The notes under the pieces are model-generated. The model was not told the DNA's origin. It saw only the letters and a list, made by a program, of their open reading frames with translations, and made no database searches. Shown here piece after piece: positions 18,632-27,574 of a stretch of 32,000 nt of DNA. The DNA is from a cyanobacterium endosymbiont of Braarudosphaera bigelowii. GTDB lineage: Bacteria; Cyanobacteriota; Cyanobacteriia; Cyanobacteriales; Microcystaceae. Every line of letters begins with the position of its first letter. The stretch's first letter is position 1. Location of the stretch: positions 390,001 through 422,000 of the forward strand of contig NZ_AP024987.1 of assembly GCF_020885515.1 (NCBI RefSeq), read 5' to 3'. A program made the translations under genes and the position numbers.

Positions 18632-21514
18632 TTAAAATCTTCCTGATAATGCAGAGTGACATCTATCACAAATTGTAGGATCGTCAATAAAACTACCAAC
18701 CGTTGTCGAATAGTTCCAACAGCGATCACATTTCTCTCCTTCTGCTTTAACTACACCAATATGGAATAATTCTGACTCACTCTGATATTCAAGAGATTCA
18801 ATTTGATCTAAATTTTCTACTAATTCTACTTGGGAAACTAAAAAGAAATAACGAAGTTCGTCTACATAATTATCTTTTAATGAAGTGTACTGAGAATCAA
18901 ATTTCATTAATTGTTGCTTAAAGTTCGAATCTTTGATGTGAAGTATTATTTTTGCATCTAAAGAAGAGCCAATAACTTTTTTCTGCCGAGCCAACTCTAA
19001 AACATTATTAATATCATTTCTAATCATTCGTAAATTCATCCAAAAGGTTTTCAGTTCTATTTGGTTTAATTCTTCCATCTCTCTAACCCATCCACCTTCA
19101 AAAACAGAATTATTGGAGGATTCGTAAGGTAAAAATTGCCAAATATCCTCGGCCATATGACATAGTACAGGAGCAATCATTTTTGACAAACTTTCAATAG
19201 CTAAGAATAAAACTGTTTGACAACTGCGACGACGAAATGAGTTAGGAGAAGATATATATAATCTATCCTTAGCTATATCAAGATAAAAATTAGATAAGTC
19301 TACAATGCAAAAATTTTGAATTGCTTGATAAAAATTAGAAAAATGATAAGTTTCAAACGCATCAGTTACTTCTTTAGAAACTTCAGCAATACGATTTAAC
19401 ATATAACGATCTAGTTCTGGTAGTTCCGCATAAGAAACTGTATGTTTCTTCGGTTCAAAATCATGTAAATTCCCCAACAAAAAACGTGCAGTATTTCTAA
19501 TTTTTCTGTAAACGTCTGAAACTTGCTTGATGATTGTCTCTCCAACAAGAACATCTGAAGAATAATCAACTGATGATACCCATAATCTTAAGACATCAGC
19601 TCCATAAGCAGGTTCTTTTTTCTTATTATTTCCTCCATTGATTATCAGATCAGGACTTATTACATTGCCTAATGATTTACTCATTTTTCTTCCTTTTTGA
19701 TCTAAAACAAAACCATGAGTTAATACTGTTTTATATGGAGCAACTCCATTTACAGCAACACTAGTTAAGAGACTAGATTGAAACCATCCTCTATGTTGAT
19801 CTGAACCTTCTAAATACATATCAACAGGATATTTTGATTTAGAGTTTTGTTTAATTACAGATGCCCATGAAGAACCTGAATCGAACCAGACATCCATAGT
19901 GTCAGTCCCTTTTCGGTAACGATGATGATCTTGTCTTTTCCCTTCTGGAAGTAACTCTTTGACGGACATCTCCCACCAAGCATCAGTTCCTCTTTCAGCA
20001 ATTATCTTTTGTATATGTTCAATTGTTTCTTGCGTCAATAAAACTTCATTGGTCTCTTGATCATAAAAAACTGGAATAGGAACTCCCCAGCTTCTTTGTC
20101 GAGAGATACACCAATCTGAACGATCATTGACCATTGAAGTAATACGATTTATACCTTGAGATGGAATCCAATTCACAGTTTTTATAGCATCTATAGCATA
20201 TGTCCTAAAACCTTCAACTGAAGCAAACCATTGTTCTGTTGCACGAAAAATAGTTGGTTTTTTAGTTCTCCAGTCATATGGATATTTATGCTCATAAAGT
20301 TCTTCTTTTATGAGAACTTTTTCTTCCTTAAGTTTACTAATAATCACCTCATTAGCATCTTTAAGAACATTTAATCCTGCAAATGGTCCTGCTTCTTCTG
20401 TAAAAACTCCTTTGTTATCTACAGGAGATAGTATTTCTAATCCGTACCTTTGTCCGACTAAATAGTCTTCTTGTCCATGTCCCGGAGCAGTATGAACTAA
20501 CCCAGTACCGGAACTAGTATTAATATAATCACCACCAATCACAATTTTACACTCTCGATCAAACAGGGAATGTCTATAAGTTGTATTTTCTAGCATACTG
20601 CCTAAAAAAGTTGCCCGAACCTTTAAAGAAGTTTCAAACATTTGTGACAGTTTATCAACTAAATCTTCAGCTACTACTAAATATCGATATTTACAAAGAT
20701 TGGTAGTTTGTTCTACTACTGAATATTTAATATCTGGATTGACGGCTACTGCCAAATTAGCAGGAATTGTCCAAGGAGTTGTAGTCCAAATTACGGCTCC
20801 TAAACTTGGCAAGAAATTTTGTAGAATATTTTCTATCTCTTCCGAAGCATGAATAATAGGAAAGGCAGTATAAATACTACGGGAAACATGGCCTTCTGGA
20901 TATTCTAATTCTGCTTCTGCCAAAGCAGTTTGTGAACTTGGGCTCCAATGAACAGGTTTAAGACCTCGATAAATATATCCTTTCTTAAACATATTCCAAA
21001 ATACACCAATTTGCGCTGCTTCATATTCAGGAATCATTGTTAAGTAAGGCTTATGCCAATCTCCCCACACTCCAAGTCTTTGAAAGCTTTCAGCTTGTTT
21101 TTCTTGAGTTTTGAGAGCAAATTCTCGAGCTTTATATCTTAACTGGAGAGGACTTAAATTTTGCCTTTCCTTTGAACTAATACTTTGTAAAACTTTTAAT
21201 TCAATTGGGAGTCCATGGCAATCCCACCCAGGGGTATAACTTATCTTATTTCCCTTCAATAATTTATATTTGTTGATAAAATCTTTTAAAATTTTATTCA
21301 ACGCATGTCCCATATGCAAAGAACCATTAGCATATGGAGGTCCATCATGAAGAATAAATAACTCTTCTGGATTTTCTTCAGATAACTCTTCATAGACTTT
21401 ATGCTTTGTCCAAAACTGCTGTAATTCTGGCTCTCTAGATACAGCATTAGCTCGCATATTAAAATTAGTCTGAGGCAAGTTTACTGTATTTTTATAATTT
21501 TTTTGTTCTGTCAC
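18632..21514 (-). CDS. ileS: Isoleucine--tRNA ligase
   Basis: 960 aa. HIGH-type motif HMGHALN, KMSKS (KMSKSLGN), a CP1 editing region, and a C-terminal zinc-binding CDRCWNY...CDRCHSAL. Confidence 0.97.
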   Translation of the reverse strand: MTEQKNYKNTVNLPQTNFNMRANAVSREPELQQFWTKHKVYEELSEENPEELFILHDGPPYANGSLHMGHALNKILKDFINKYKLLKGNKISYTPGWDCHGLPIELKVLQSISSKERQNLSPLQLRYKAREFALKTQEKQAESFQRLGVWGDWHKPYLTMIPEYEAAQIGVFWNMFKKGYIYRGLKPVHWSPSSQTALAEAELEYPEGHVSRSIYTAFPIIHASEEIENILQNFLPSLGAVIWTTTPWTIPANLAVAVNPDIKYSVVEQTTNLCKYRYLVVAEDLVDKLSQMFETSLKVRATFLGSMLENTTYRHSLFDRECKIVIGGDYINTSSGTGLVHTAPGHGQEDYLVGQRYGLEILSPVDNKGVFTEEAGPFAGLNVLKDANEVIISKLKEEKVLIKEELYEHKYPYDWRTKKPTIFRATEQWFASVEGFRTYAIDAIKTVNWIPSQGINRITSMVNDRSDWCISRQRSWGVPIPVFYDQETNEVLLTQETIEHIQKIIAERGTDAWWEMSVKELLPEGKRQDHHRYRKGTDTMDVWFDSGSSWASVIKQNSKSKYPVDMYLEGSDQHRGWFQSSLLTSVAVNGVAPYKTVLTHGFVLDQKGRKMSKSLGNVISPDLIINGGNNKKKEPAYGADVLRLWVSSVDYSSDVLVGETIIKQVSDVYRKIRNTARFLLGNLHDFEPKKHTVSYAELPELDRYMLNRIAEVSKEVTDAFETYHFSNFYQAIQNFCIVDLSNFYLDIAKDRLYISSPNSFRRRSCQTVLFLAIESLSKMIAPVLCHMAEDIWQFLPYESSNNSVFEGGWVREMEELNQIELKTFWMNLRMIRNDINNVLELARQKKVIGSSLDAKIILHIKDSNFKQQLMKFDSQYTSLKDNYVDELRYFFLVSQVELVENLDQIESLEYQSESELFHIGVVKAEGEKCDRCWNYSTTVGSFIDDPTICDRCHSALSGRF

Positions 21515-21585
21515 AATATTAATTAAAGTATTTATATCGGTTTACACTTTATCTTGATTATAAAATTAATAGTTAAAAATTAAAT

Positions 21586-21864
21586 TTAAAATTCTAAATT
21601 AGGTAAACTATCTATTAAAGCTACTGAGCGAAAAGAATACCCTAATTGATATTGAGCATAGCTTCGTAAAAGATGTTCAATCTTTTGCCATGGAACAATA
21701 AAATTCCTATTAAGAATAATTGATGGTAAAAGTTTTCCAGCATGAGGTAAGTGGGATTGATTTAAGTTTTGTAATAGAACTAAATCTGTAGCCTGTAATT
21801 TATAGTTAATGAATGGTGAGGAAAAAGTCGTCAGTTTTTTTTTATATAAGCTGGAGAATTCAAG
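21586..21864 (-). other. recO: recO 3' continuation, open in the -1 frame relative to 21831..22421
   Basis: The minus-strand frame with codons starting at 21834, 21831 and so on reads [85 protein letters not shown] and stops at TAA 21588-21586. It has no start codon, so it is absent from the ORF track. Confidence 0.75.
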
Positions 21865-22421
21865 TTAATTAGTCCTCCCATTTCATAACTAAAACCTACG
21901 CGCCAGGATGGATTTCTGAAATTTGGAGTTAATTTTTCTTGTGTAAGACAACATTGATAAACCTGTGGGCCAATTCCTGTAACTACTAAAAAATGGAATA
22001 TGGCTTGAGCCAGATATCCATATAGACTTTCTACAAGAGACATTTTTTCTAATCTTCGCAAATGTTCATTGAAGAGTTCATAAAGTTCTTCTTGAGGTTG
22101 TATGTCAATAGATAAATTTAGTATTAACTCACTTAAGTATTGCGCTGCTATAAGTTTAATTAGGTCTTTTCTTAAACCGGGATAAAACTGTAGAGTTTCT
22201 GCCTGAATTATTTTATCTAGAGAATGTCCTTTTACCATGAAGAATTTATTAACCATAAATAATTCACTTCTTCCACTAAGTGATGATTTATTTTTTCTAG
22301 AGCCTGGTGCTACAGCACGAATTAGCCCCTTACTTGGTGAAAGAATTACTATTAAGCGATCAGCTTCGCCTAGAGGCATACTTTTTAGAACAATTCCTTT
22401 TATCTTATAAGTTTGACTCAT
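21831..22421 (-). CDS. recO: DNA repair protein RecO, 5' two-thirds; the ORF ends prematurely just after an A9 tract
   Basis: 196 aa. [43 protein letters not shown] (RecO OB-fold N-terminus) ... [14 protein letters not shown]. Full-length cyanobacterial RecO is about 270-290 aa. Confidence 0.85.
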   Translation of the reverse strand: MSQTYKIKGIVLKSMPLGEADRLIVILSPSKGLIRAVAPGSRKNKSSLSGRSELFMVNKFFMVKGHSLDKIIQAETLQFYPGLRKDLIKLIAAQYLSELILNLSIDIQPQEELYELFNEHLRRLEKMSLVESLYGYLAQAIFHFLVVTGIGPQVYQCCLTQEKLTPNFRNPSWRVGFSYEMGGLINLNSPAYIKKN

Positions 22422-22469
22422 GAAGTTACAGTAATAAATTTTAGACTATTAACATTCTCTAAGTATTAT

Positions 22470-22673
22470 TTATTTCAAAGGAACCCCTAACATTCCCAAT
22501 AAAGTGAGATAGAGCAAAGAAAAGGCACTAAGTGTAATTCCAAATATTAAAATTTTAGTTAAATAATTTTGAGGTAAGAGTTTAGTCCAACTAAAAAAAG
22601 ATAGAAATATATTTAATAAAAAACCAATAAAATAACGAGGGTAACATGATAAATTTCTTAATAAATCTTGCAT
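22470..22673 (-). CDS. Small two-TM membrane protein, possibly DUF751/Ycf33-like
   Basis: 67 aa. The N-terminal ...YPRYFIGFLLNIFLSFF and C-terminal hydrophobic helix ...LTLLGMLGV resemble, from memory, the Ycf33/DUF751 family. No search was possible. Confidence 0.45.
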   Translation of the reverse strand: MQDLLRNLSCYPRYFIGFLLNIFLSFFSWTKLLPQNYLTKILIFGITLSAFSLLYLTLLGMLGVPLK

Positions 22674-23161
22674 TATTCTTTTTTTTTTAAATATTATTAT
22701 GAATAATATAATAACGTCGAATTTAGCTTATAAATACAATGAATAATAAAAATTCACAATAATATTCTATCTTAAGATAAATACTTAACTATTCTTTATT
22801 TATTTTATTAAAGAATAATATTTTGTATTTTTTGGGAATATAAAATATATCTTAATATTTTTTACATTTACTCTGAAACTAATACGCTGATTTTATTGTA
22901 GAAATTATTAATTTAAACTAAATATTACACTTGATGATAAGTATTTAGTTGATTTGAAATTGAACTATACCCTAAAATCTTAAGAATCAATGTGAACTAA
23001 AAGTTGATTTTCTTTGCTTAAATGAAATACTTTAAAACATGGTATATGTTTTATACTTTATTTTAAGATAATTTCACCTAAAAGATAAGAAATATTATTT
23101 AATTAAATCTAATAAAAAGATAAACTATTCTTTTATGAAACTTATTGCTTAATAACTAGTT

Positions 23162-23304
23162 ATGAAAAAAAAAACTTTTTACTTATTTTTTTAGGAAGTT
23201 TATGTAGTCTGTTTCTTTTCTCTTCTCTTTCTCTTGTACCTATATATTCTCACAACAAACCAGCAGAAATAAGAGGTGTTTGGTTAACTAATATAGATAG
23301 TGAA
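23162..23304 (+). other. 5' extension of the GHL10-like gene: ATG + A10, then a signal-peptide-like segment in the main frame; the ATG is out of frame by one nt
   Basis: The main frame from 23176 reads FLLIFLGSLCSLFLFSSLSLVPIYSHNKPAEIRGVWLTNIDSE, which is a hydrophobic signal peptide plus a conserved mature N-terminus. The only nearby ATG (23162) is followed by A10 (23165-23174), and its own frame stops at TAG 23192-23194. Confidence 0.7.
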
Positions 23305-24387
23305 GTGCTATTTGATTCGAAGATACTAACCAAAAGTATCAATACTCTTTCTAGACTTAACTTTAACACTCTTTATCCTGCTGTTTGGAATTGGGGCTAT
23401 ACTTTATATCCTTCTGATATTGCTGAATCTTTAACTGGGAAGAGGTTAGATCCTGAAAAGAAATTACAGGGGAGAGATGTGTTAAGAGAAATCGTAGAAC
23501 AAGGACATAAAAAAGGACTTGCTGTAATTCCTTGGTTCGAATTTGGATTTATGGCTCCTGCAGATTCTGAATTGGCCCAGCGCAATAAAGAATGGTTAAC
23601 TAAAAGGCAAGACAAAAGCACTGTTTGGCTGGAAGGAAAAACTCATGAGCGGGTCTGGCTAAATCCTCTTCACCCTGAAGTTCAAAACTTTATCACTGGT
23701 CTATTAGTTGAGATCGTAACTAACTATAACATTGATGGAATACAACTTGACGATCATTTTGGTATTCCATTTGATTTTGGATATGATAGTTTTACTATTG
23801 AGTTATACAAAAAAGAGCACGGTGGTAAAGCTCCTCCTCAGACACCTAGTTATCTAAAAATGGGAATTAATAACTGTATGTCAAACGATCCCTCGTGGAT
23901 AGAATGGACAAAATGGAGATCGGAAAAGATCACTCAATATATAGAAAAAATATTTATTACAATAAAGAAAATCAATCCTAATATTATTATTTCTGTTTCT
24001 CCTAATCCCCAACTTTTCTCCTCTAATTGCTTTTTATTGGACTGGCAAGACTGGGAAGAAAAGGGATTAATAGAAGAGCTTGTTTTACAGGTATACAGAG
24101 AAAAGATGATTGATTTTAATAGAGAAATCAACCGCCCCGAGGTTAAAAAAGCCAAATCTCATATACCTTTCGGAATAGGTATATTATCTGGCTTGAAAAA
24201 TCGTCCAATTCCTATGAAGCGAATTATCGAACAGGTACAAAATACTAGAAATTCAAATTTGTCTGGTGTTTCATTCTTCTTTTATGAAAGCCTATGGAAT
24301 ATGGGACCAGAAACACCTGTAAAACGTAAATTAAATTTTAGACAAATTTTTCCTACATCAATTGATCGTCCATTGATTAATAATTAA
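23305..24387 (+). CDS. Glycosyl-hydrolase-like family 10 (GHL10/DUF187, YngK-like) protein; the track ORF is N-terminally truncated
   Basis: 360 aa. LNFNTLYPAVWNWGYTLYPS, GLAVIPWFEFGF and IDGIQLDDHFG are typical of the TIM-barrel GHL10 family. The same frame stays open upstream to 23116 and encodes the conserved EIRGVWLTNIDS block. Confidence 0.82.
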   Translation: MLFDSKILTKSINTLSRLNFNTLYPAVWNWGYTLYPSDIAESLTGKRLDPEKKLQGRDVLREIVEQGHKKGLAVIPWFEFGFMAPADSELAQRNKEWLTKRQDKSTVWLEGKTHERVWLNPLHPEVQNFITGLLVEIVTNYNIDGIQLDDHFGIPFDFGYDSFTIELYKKEHGGKAPPQTPSYLKMGINNCMSNDPSWIEWTKWRSEKITQYIEKIFITIKKINPNIIISVSPNPQLFSSNCFLLDWQDWEEKGLIEELVLQVYREKMIDFNREINRPEVKKAKSHIPFGIGILSGLKNRPIPMKRIIEQVQNTRNSNLSGVSFFFYESLWNMGPETPVKRKLNFRQIFPTSIDRPLINN

Positions 24388-24514
24388 ATATTAATCCTGA
24401 ATATATATGATTACTTTTTGTAATTTTTTAGTGTTTACTTCGGTTATTACTATATGTAAACTTCATGATAAATCGTTAAGATTAAGGCAAATTATGGTCT
24501 AAGGAGAAATATTT

Positions 24515-25357
24515 GTGAATCGTCAATCTAGCCCTGGTCTTGCATCAATAATAGGTGGTGTTGTTACTGCTTTAATTATATTAGTAGGTTTTAATTCTTT
24601 TATCGTTATTTATCCTGGGCAAGCAGGAGTACTCAATATACTTGGTAAAGCTCAAGAACAAGTCCTGTTAGAAGGAATCCATTTTAAACCACCTTTAGTT
24701 TCTACGGTAGACACATATGATGTAACCGTCCAAAAGTTTGAAGTTCCTGCTCAGAGTGCTACCAAAGATTTACAGAATTTGAGTGCTAGTTTTGCAATCA
24801 ATTTTAGCCTTGATCCAATACAAGTTGTTAATATTCGTAGAACTCAAGGAACTTTACAGAATATTGTCTCTAAAATAGTTGCTCCACAAACTCAAGAATC
24901 TTTTAAAATAGCTGCAGCTAGACGCACTGTTGAAGAAGCGATTACTCAAAGAGCTGAACTTAAAAAAGATTTTGATAATGCTCTTACTTCTAGATTAGAA
25001 AAGTATGGAATTATGGTTTTAGATACTAGTGTTATTGATCTTAACTTTTCTCCTGAATTTTCTAAAGCAGTTGAAGAAAAGCAAATTGCAGAACAAAAAG
25101 CCCAACGAGCTGTTTATGTTGCACAAGAAGCAGAGCAAGAAGCGCAAGCCGATATTAATCGTGCAAAGGGTAGATCTGAAGCCCAGCGCTTATTAGCGGA
25201 GACCTTAAAAGCACAAGGTGGAGAATTGGTTCTTCAGAAAGAGGCTATTGAAGCTTGGAAATCTGGGGGCGCACAAATGCCAAAAGTTTTAGTGATGGGA
25301 AAAGGAAGTAACAATAGTGTCCCTTTTCTTTTTAATTTAGATACTTTAGATAAGTAA
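24515..25357 (+). CDS. Prohibitin/SPFH (band 7) family membrane protein
   Basis: 280 aa with a GTG start 8 nt after AAGGAG. It has an N-terminal TM helix, an SPFH domain (GQAGVLNILGK...IHFKPP) and a coiled-coil region AEQKAQRAVYVAQEAEQEAQADINRAKG. Confidence 0.88.
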   Translation: MNRQSSPGLASIIGGVVTALIILVGFNSFIVIYPGQAGVLNILGKAQEQVLLEGIHFKPPLVSTVDTYDVTVQKFEVPAQSATKDLQNLSASFAINFSLDPIQVVNIRRTQGTLQNIVSKIVAPQTQESFKIAAARRTVEEAITQRAELKKDFDNALTSRLEKYGIMVLDTSVIDLNFSPEFSKAVEEKQIAEQKAQRAVYVAQEAEQEAQADINRAKGRSEAQRLLAETLKAQGGELVLQKEAIEAWKSGGAQMPKVLVMGKGSNNSVPFLFNLDTLDK

Positions 25358-25373
25358 AACGGCAATTTAGATA

Positions 25374-25414
25374 AGCAAATAGAGTTAATTTGAATTAAAT
25401 TAACTCTATTTGCT
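25374..25414 (+). terminator. Hairpin with an 18-bp perfect stem downstream of the SPFH gene
   Basis: AGCAAATAGAGTTAATTT (25374-25391) is the exact reverse complement of 25397-25414, with loop GAATT. No clear T tract follows. Confidence 0.5.
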
Positions 25415-25450
25415 TAGGTATAGCAATGAACTATAAATTACAGAGATAAT

Positions 25451-26119
25451 ATGACAAAATTTGCTATTAATGTTGATAATGTAAGTTTTAGCTGGTGTAA
25501 AAATAGCTCTATCTTAGAATCTTGTTCTTTGGCTGTACCTCAAGGAGAGTTCTGGATGCTTTTGGGAGCTAATGGTAGTGGTAAATCTACATTACTACAA
25601 CTTCTAACTAATTTACTGGTACCAAAAAGTGGAACAATAAAGATGAATCCACCTGTAGGATTAGTTTTCCAAAACCCTGATCGCCAATTAATCATGCCTA
25701 CAGTTGGTGCTGATATTGCTTTCGGATTAGTTTCAGAAAATTTGTCTCTTTCCGAAACTAGGCTTCGTATTAGTGAAGCATTATTGGCTGTTAATTTATT
25801 GGGATTAGAAAAAAAACCTATTTATGCTCTTAGTGGAGGTCAAAAGCAAAGAATTGCGATCGCTGGAGAAATTGCACGTCGATGCTCAATCTTACTACTA
25901 GACGAGCCTACTGCATTGCTTGATCATGAAGCACAGCTAGAATTAGTTAAAGGCGTTAGAAACTTAGTTAAAGCTCGTAAAATAACAGCACTCTGGGTTA
26001 CTCATAGGTTAGAAGAATTGGACTATTGTGATGGAGCATTTTTACTTGAAAAAGGTAAAGTTATTCAACAAGGTCATCCACAGACAATTAAAAAGCAAAT
26101 TTTGTATACAGAACTATAA
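25451..26119 (+). CDS. ABC transporter ATP-binding protein, ECF/CbiO-like
   Basis: 222 aa. Walker A GANGSGKST, Q-loop FQNPDRQL, signature LSGGQKQR, Walker B ILLLDEPTALLD, H-loop VTHRLEE. Confidence 0.85.
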   Translation: MTKFAINVDNVSFSWCKNSSILESCSLAVPQGEFWMLLGANGSGKSTLLQLLTNLLVPKSGTIKMNPPVGLVFQNPDRQLIMPTVGADIAFGLVSENLSLSETRLRISEALLAVNLLGLEKKPIYALSGGQKQRIAIAGEIARRCSILLLDEPTALLDHEAQLELVKGVRNLVKARKITALWVTHRLEELDYCDGAFLLEKGKVIQQGHPQTIKKQILYTEL

Positions 26120-26207
26120 CTTTTTAAACATTATTTTTTGTAGTTATTTAACTAAATAATATCAAAAAAAATATATGGTAATCTTGAAAAATTTCAAAAA
26201 AAAAACA

Positions 26208-27479
26208 ATGACTTTAAACAATACTGCTTTAGATTTTTTAAACGAAACTGATCCTGTTATTATGTCAATAATTCTAGGAGAACTTCAAAGACAACGTGAA
26301 CACTTAGAATTAATTGCTAGTGAAAACTTTACTTCTCTTGCTGTCTTAGCAGCACAAGGATCTATATTAACTAATAAATACGCAGAGGGATTACCTCAAA
26401 AAAGATACTATGGTGGATGTGAATGGATTGACAAAATAGAACAAATTGCAATCGATCGGGCTAAAGAATTATTCGGAGCTAGTCATGTAAATGTACAACC
26501 TCATTCTGGAGCTCAGGCTAACTTTGCCGTTTTTTTAAGTCTTCTTAATCCTGGTGATAAGATTATGGGTATGGACTTATCTCATGGAGGACACCTTACT
26601 CATGGATCTCCTGTAAATGTTTCTGGAAAGTGGTTTAAAACCTGTCACTATGGAGTTGAAATGCATAGTGAACAATTAGACTATGATCATATTCTAAAAT
26701 TAGCACAGAAAGAAAAACCCAAATTAATAATTTGTGGTTTTTCTGCTTATCCTAGAACTATTGAGTTTGAGAAATTTCGTATAATTGCTGATGAAGTTGG
26801 AGCATATTTAATGGCCGACATTGCCCATATTGCAGGTTTAGTAGCTAGCGGACATCATCCTAACCCATTATCTTATTGTGATATAGTTACAACAACAACT
26901 CATAAGACCTTAAGAGGGCCTAGGGGTGGCTTGATAATGACTAACAATGTAGATCTAGGTAAAAAAGTTGATAAAGCAGTATTTCCTGGTACACAAGGAG
27001 GTCCGCTAGAACATGTTATTGCTGCGAAAGCTGTTGCCTTTAAAGAAGCGTTACATCCAGAGTTTAAGATATATTCTGGAAAAGTCATCAATAATGCGAA
27101 AAGTCTAGCAAATCAATTAATAAAGAGAGGTTTTAGAATTGTTTCCAATGGTACTGATAATCATCTAGTCTTGGTTGATCTGCGGTCTGTTAAGATGAGT
27201 GGTAAAGAAGCCGATAAATTAACTAGCGCAATTAATATTACAGCAAATAAGAATACAATTCCCTTTGATCCAGAATCGCCTTTTATTACTAGTGGACTCC
27301 GACTAGGTTCCCCCGCAATGACTACTAGAGGGTTAGGAACAGAAGAGTTTATTGAAATAGGTAATATTATTGCAGACCGATTACTTAATCCAGAAGATGA
27401 GTTAATTAAACACAATTGTTTTCATAGAGTTGAAACTTTATGTAATAAATTTCCTTTATATTCTCACCTTAGTATATAG
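26208..27479 (+). CDS. glyA: Serine hydroxymethyltransferase
   Basis: LELIASENF, the PLP-lysine context [14 protein letters not shown] and [13 protein letters not shown] prefer ATG 26208 ([16 protein letters not shown]...) over the track start at 26175, which adds [11 protein letters not shown] across an A10 tract. Confidence 0.95.
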   Translation: MTLNNTALDFLNETDPVIMSIILGELQRQREHLELIASENFTSLAVLAAQGSILTNKYAEGLPQKRYYGGCEWIDKIEQIAIDRAKELFGASHVNVQPHSGAQANFAVFLSLLNPGDKIMGMDLSHGGHLTHGSPVNVSGKWFKTCHYGVEMHSEQLDYDHILKLAQKEKPKLIICGFSAYPRTIEFEKFRIIADEVGAYLMADIAHIAGLVASGHHPNPLSYCDIVTTTTHKTLRGPRGGLIMTNNVDLGKKVDKAVFPGTQGGPLEHVIAAKAVAFKEALHPEFKIYSGKVINNAKSLANQLIKRGFRIVSNGTDNHLVLVDLRSVKMSGKEADKLTSAINITANKNTIPFDPESPFITSGLRLGSPAMTTRGLGTEEFIEIGNIIADRLLNPEDELIKHNCFHRVETLCNKFPLYSHLSI

Positions 27480-27574
27480 TCGTTATTGAATTGTACTTTT
27501 ATAAAACAATACTCAAAATAATTATTAAACAAGCATTTAGTTTTTAAAGAAATATTTCTTGTCTAAGACATTTT

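Noticed and set aside
21813-21823. The 11-mer ATGGTGAGGAA is shared with the 110-bp palindrome (12046-12056), which hinted at a dispersed repeat family.
   Set aside because: A single 11-nt match between a 110-bp query and 64 kb of two-strand sequence is about what chance predicts. There is no extended similarity on either side.
23162-23194. The 10-codon ORF MKKKTFYLFF as a genuine leader peptide or uORF of the GHL10-like gene.
   Set aside because: The downstream main frame encodes a signal peptide that needs exactly this ATG plus a Lys-rich n-region. A frame error in the A10 tract explains the data more simply than a separate uORF.
25856-25863. A HIP1 octamer GCGATCGC (the highly iterated palindrome of many cyanobacteria).
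   Set aside because: I found only one copy in 32 kb, and it lies inside codons IAIA of the ABC ATPase. There is no enrichment and no evidence of function here.
26175-26207. An N-terminal extension of glyA ([11 protein letters not shown]) from the track start.
   Set aside because: The conserved SHMT N-terminus begins at [16 protein letters not shown] (ATG 26208). The extension runs through an A10 tract and looks like leader sequence. It is kept only as an alternative start.
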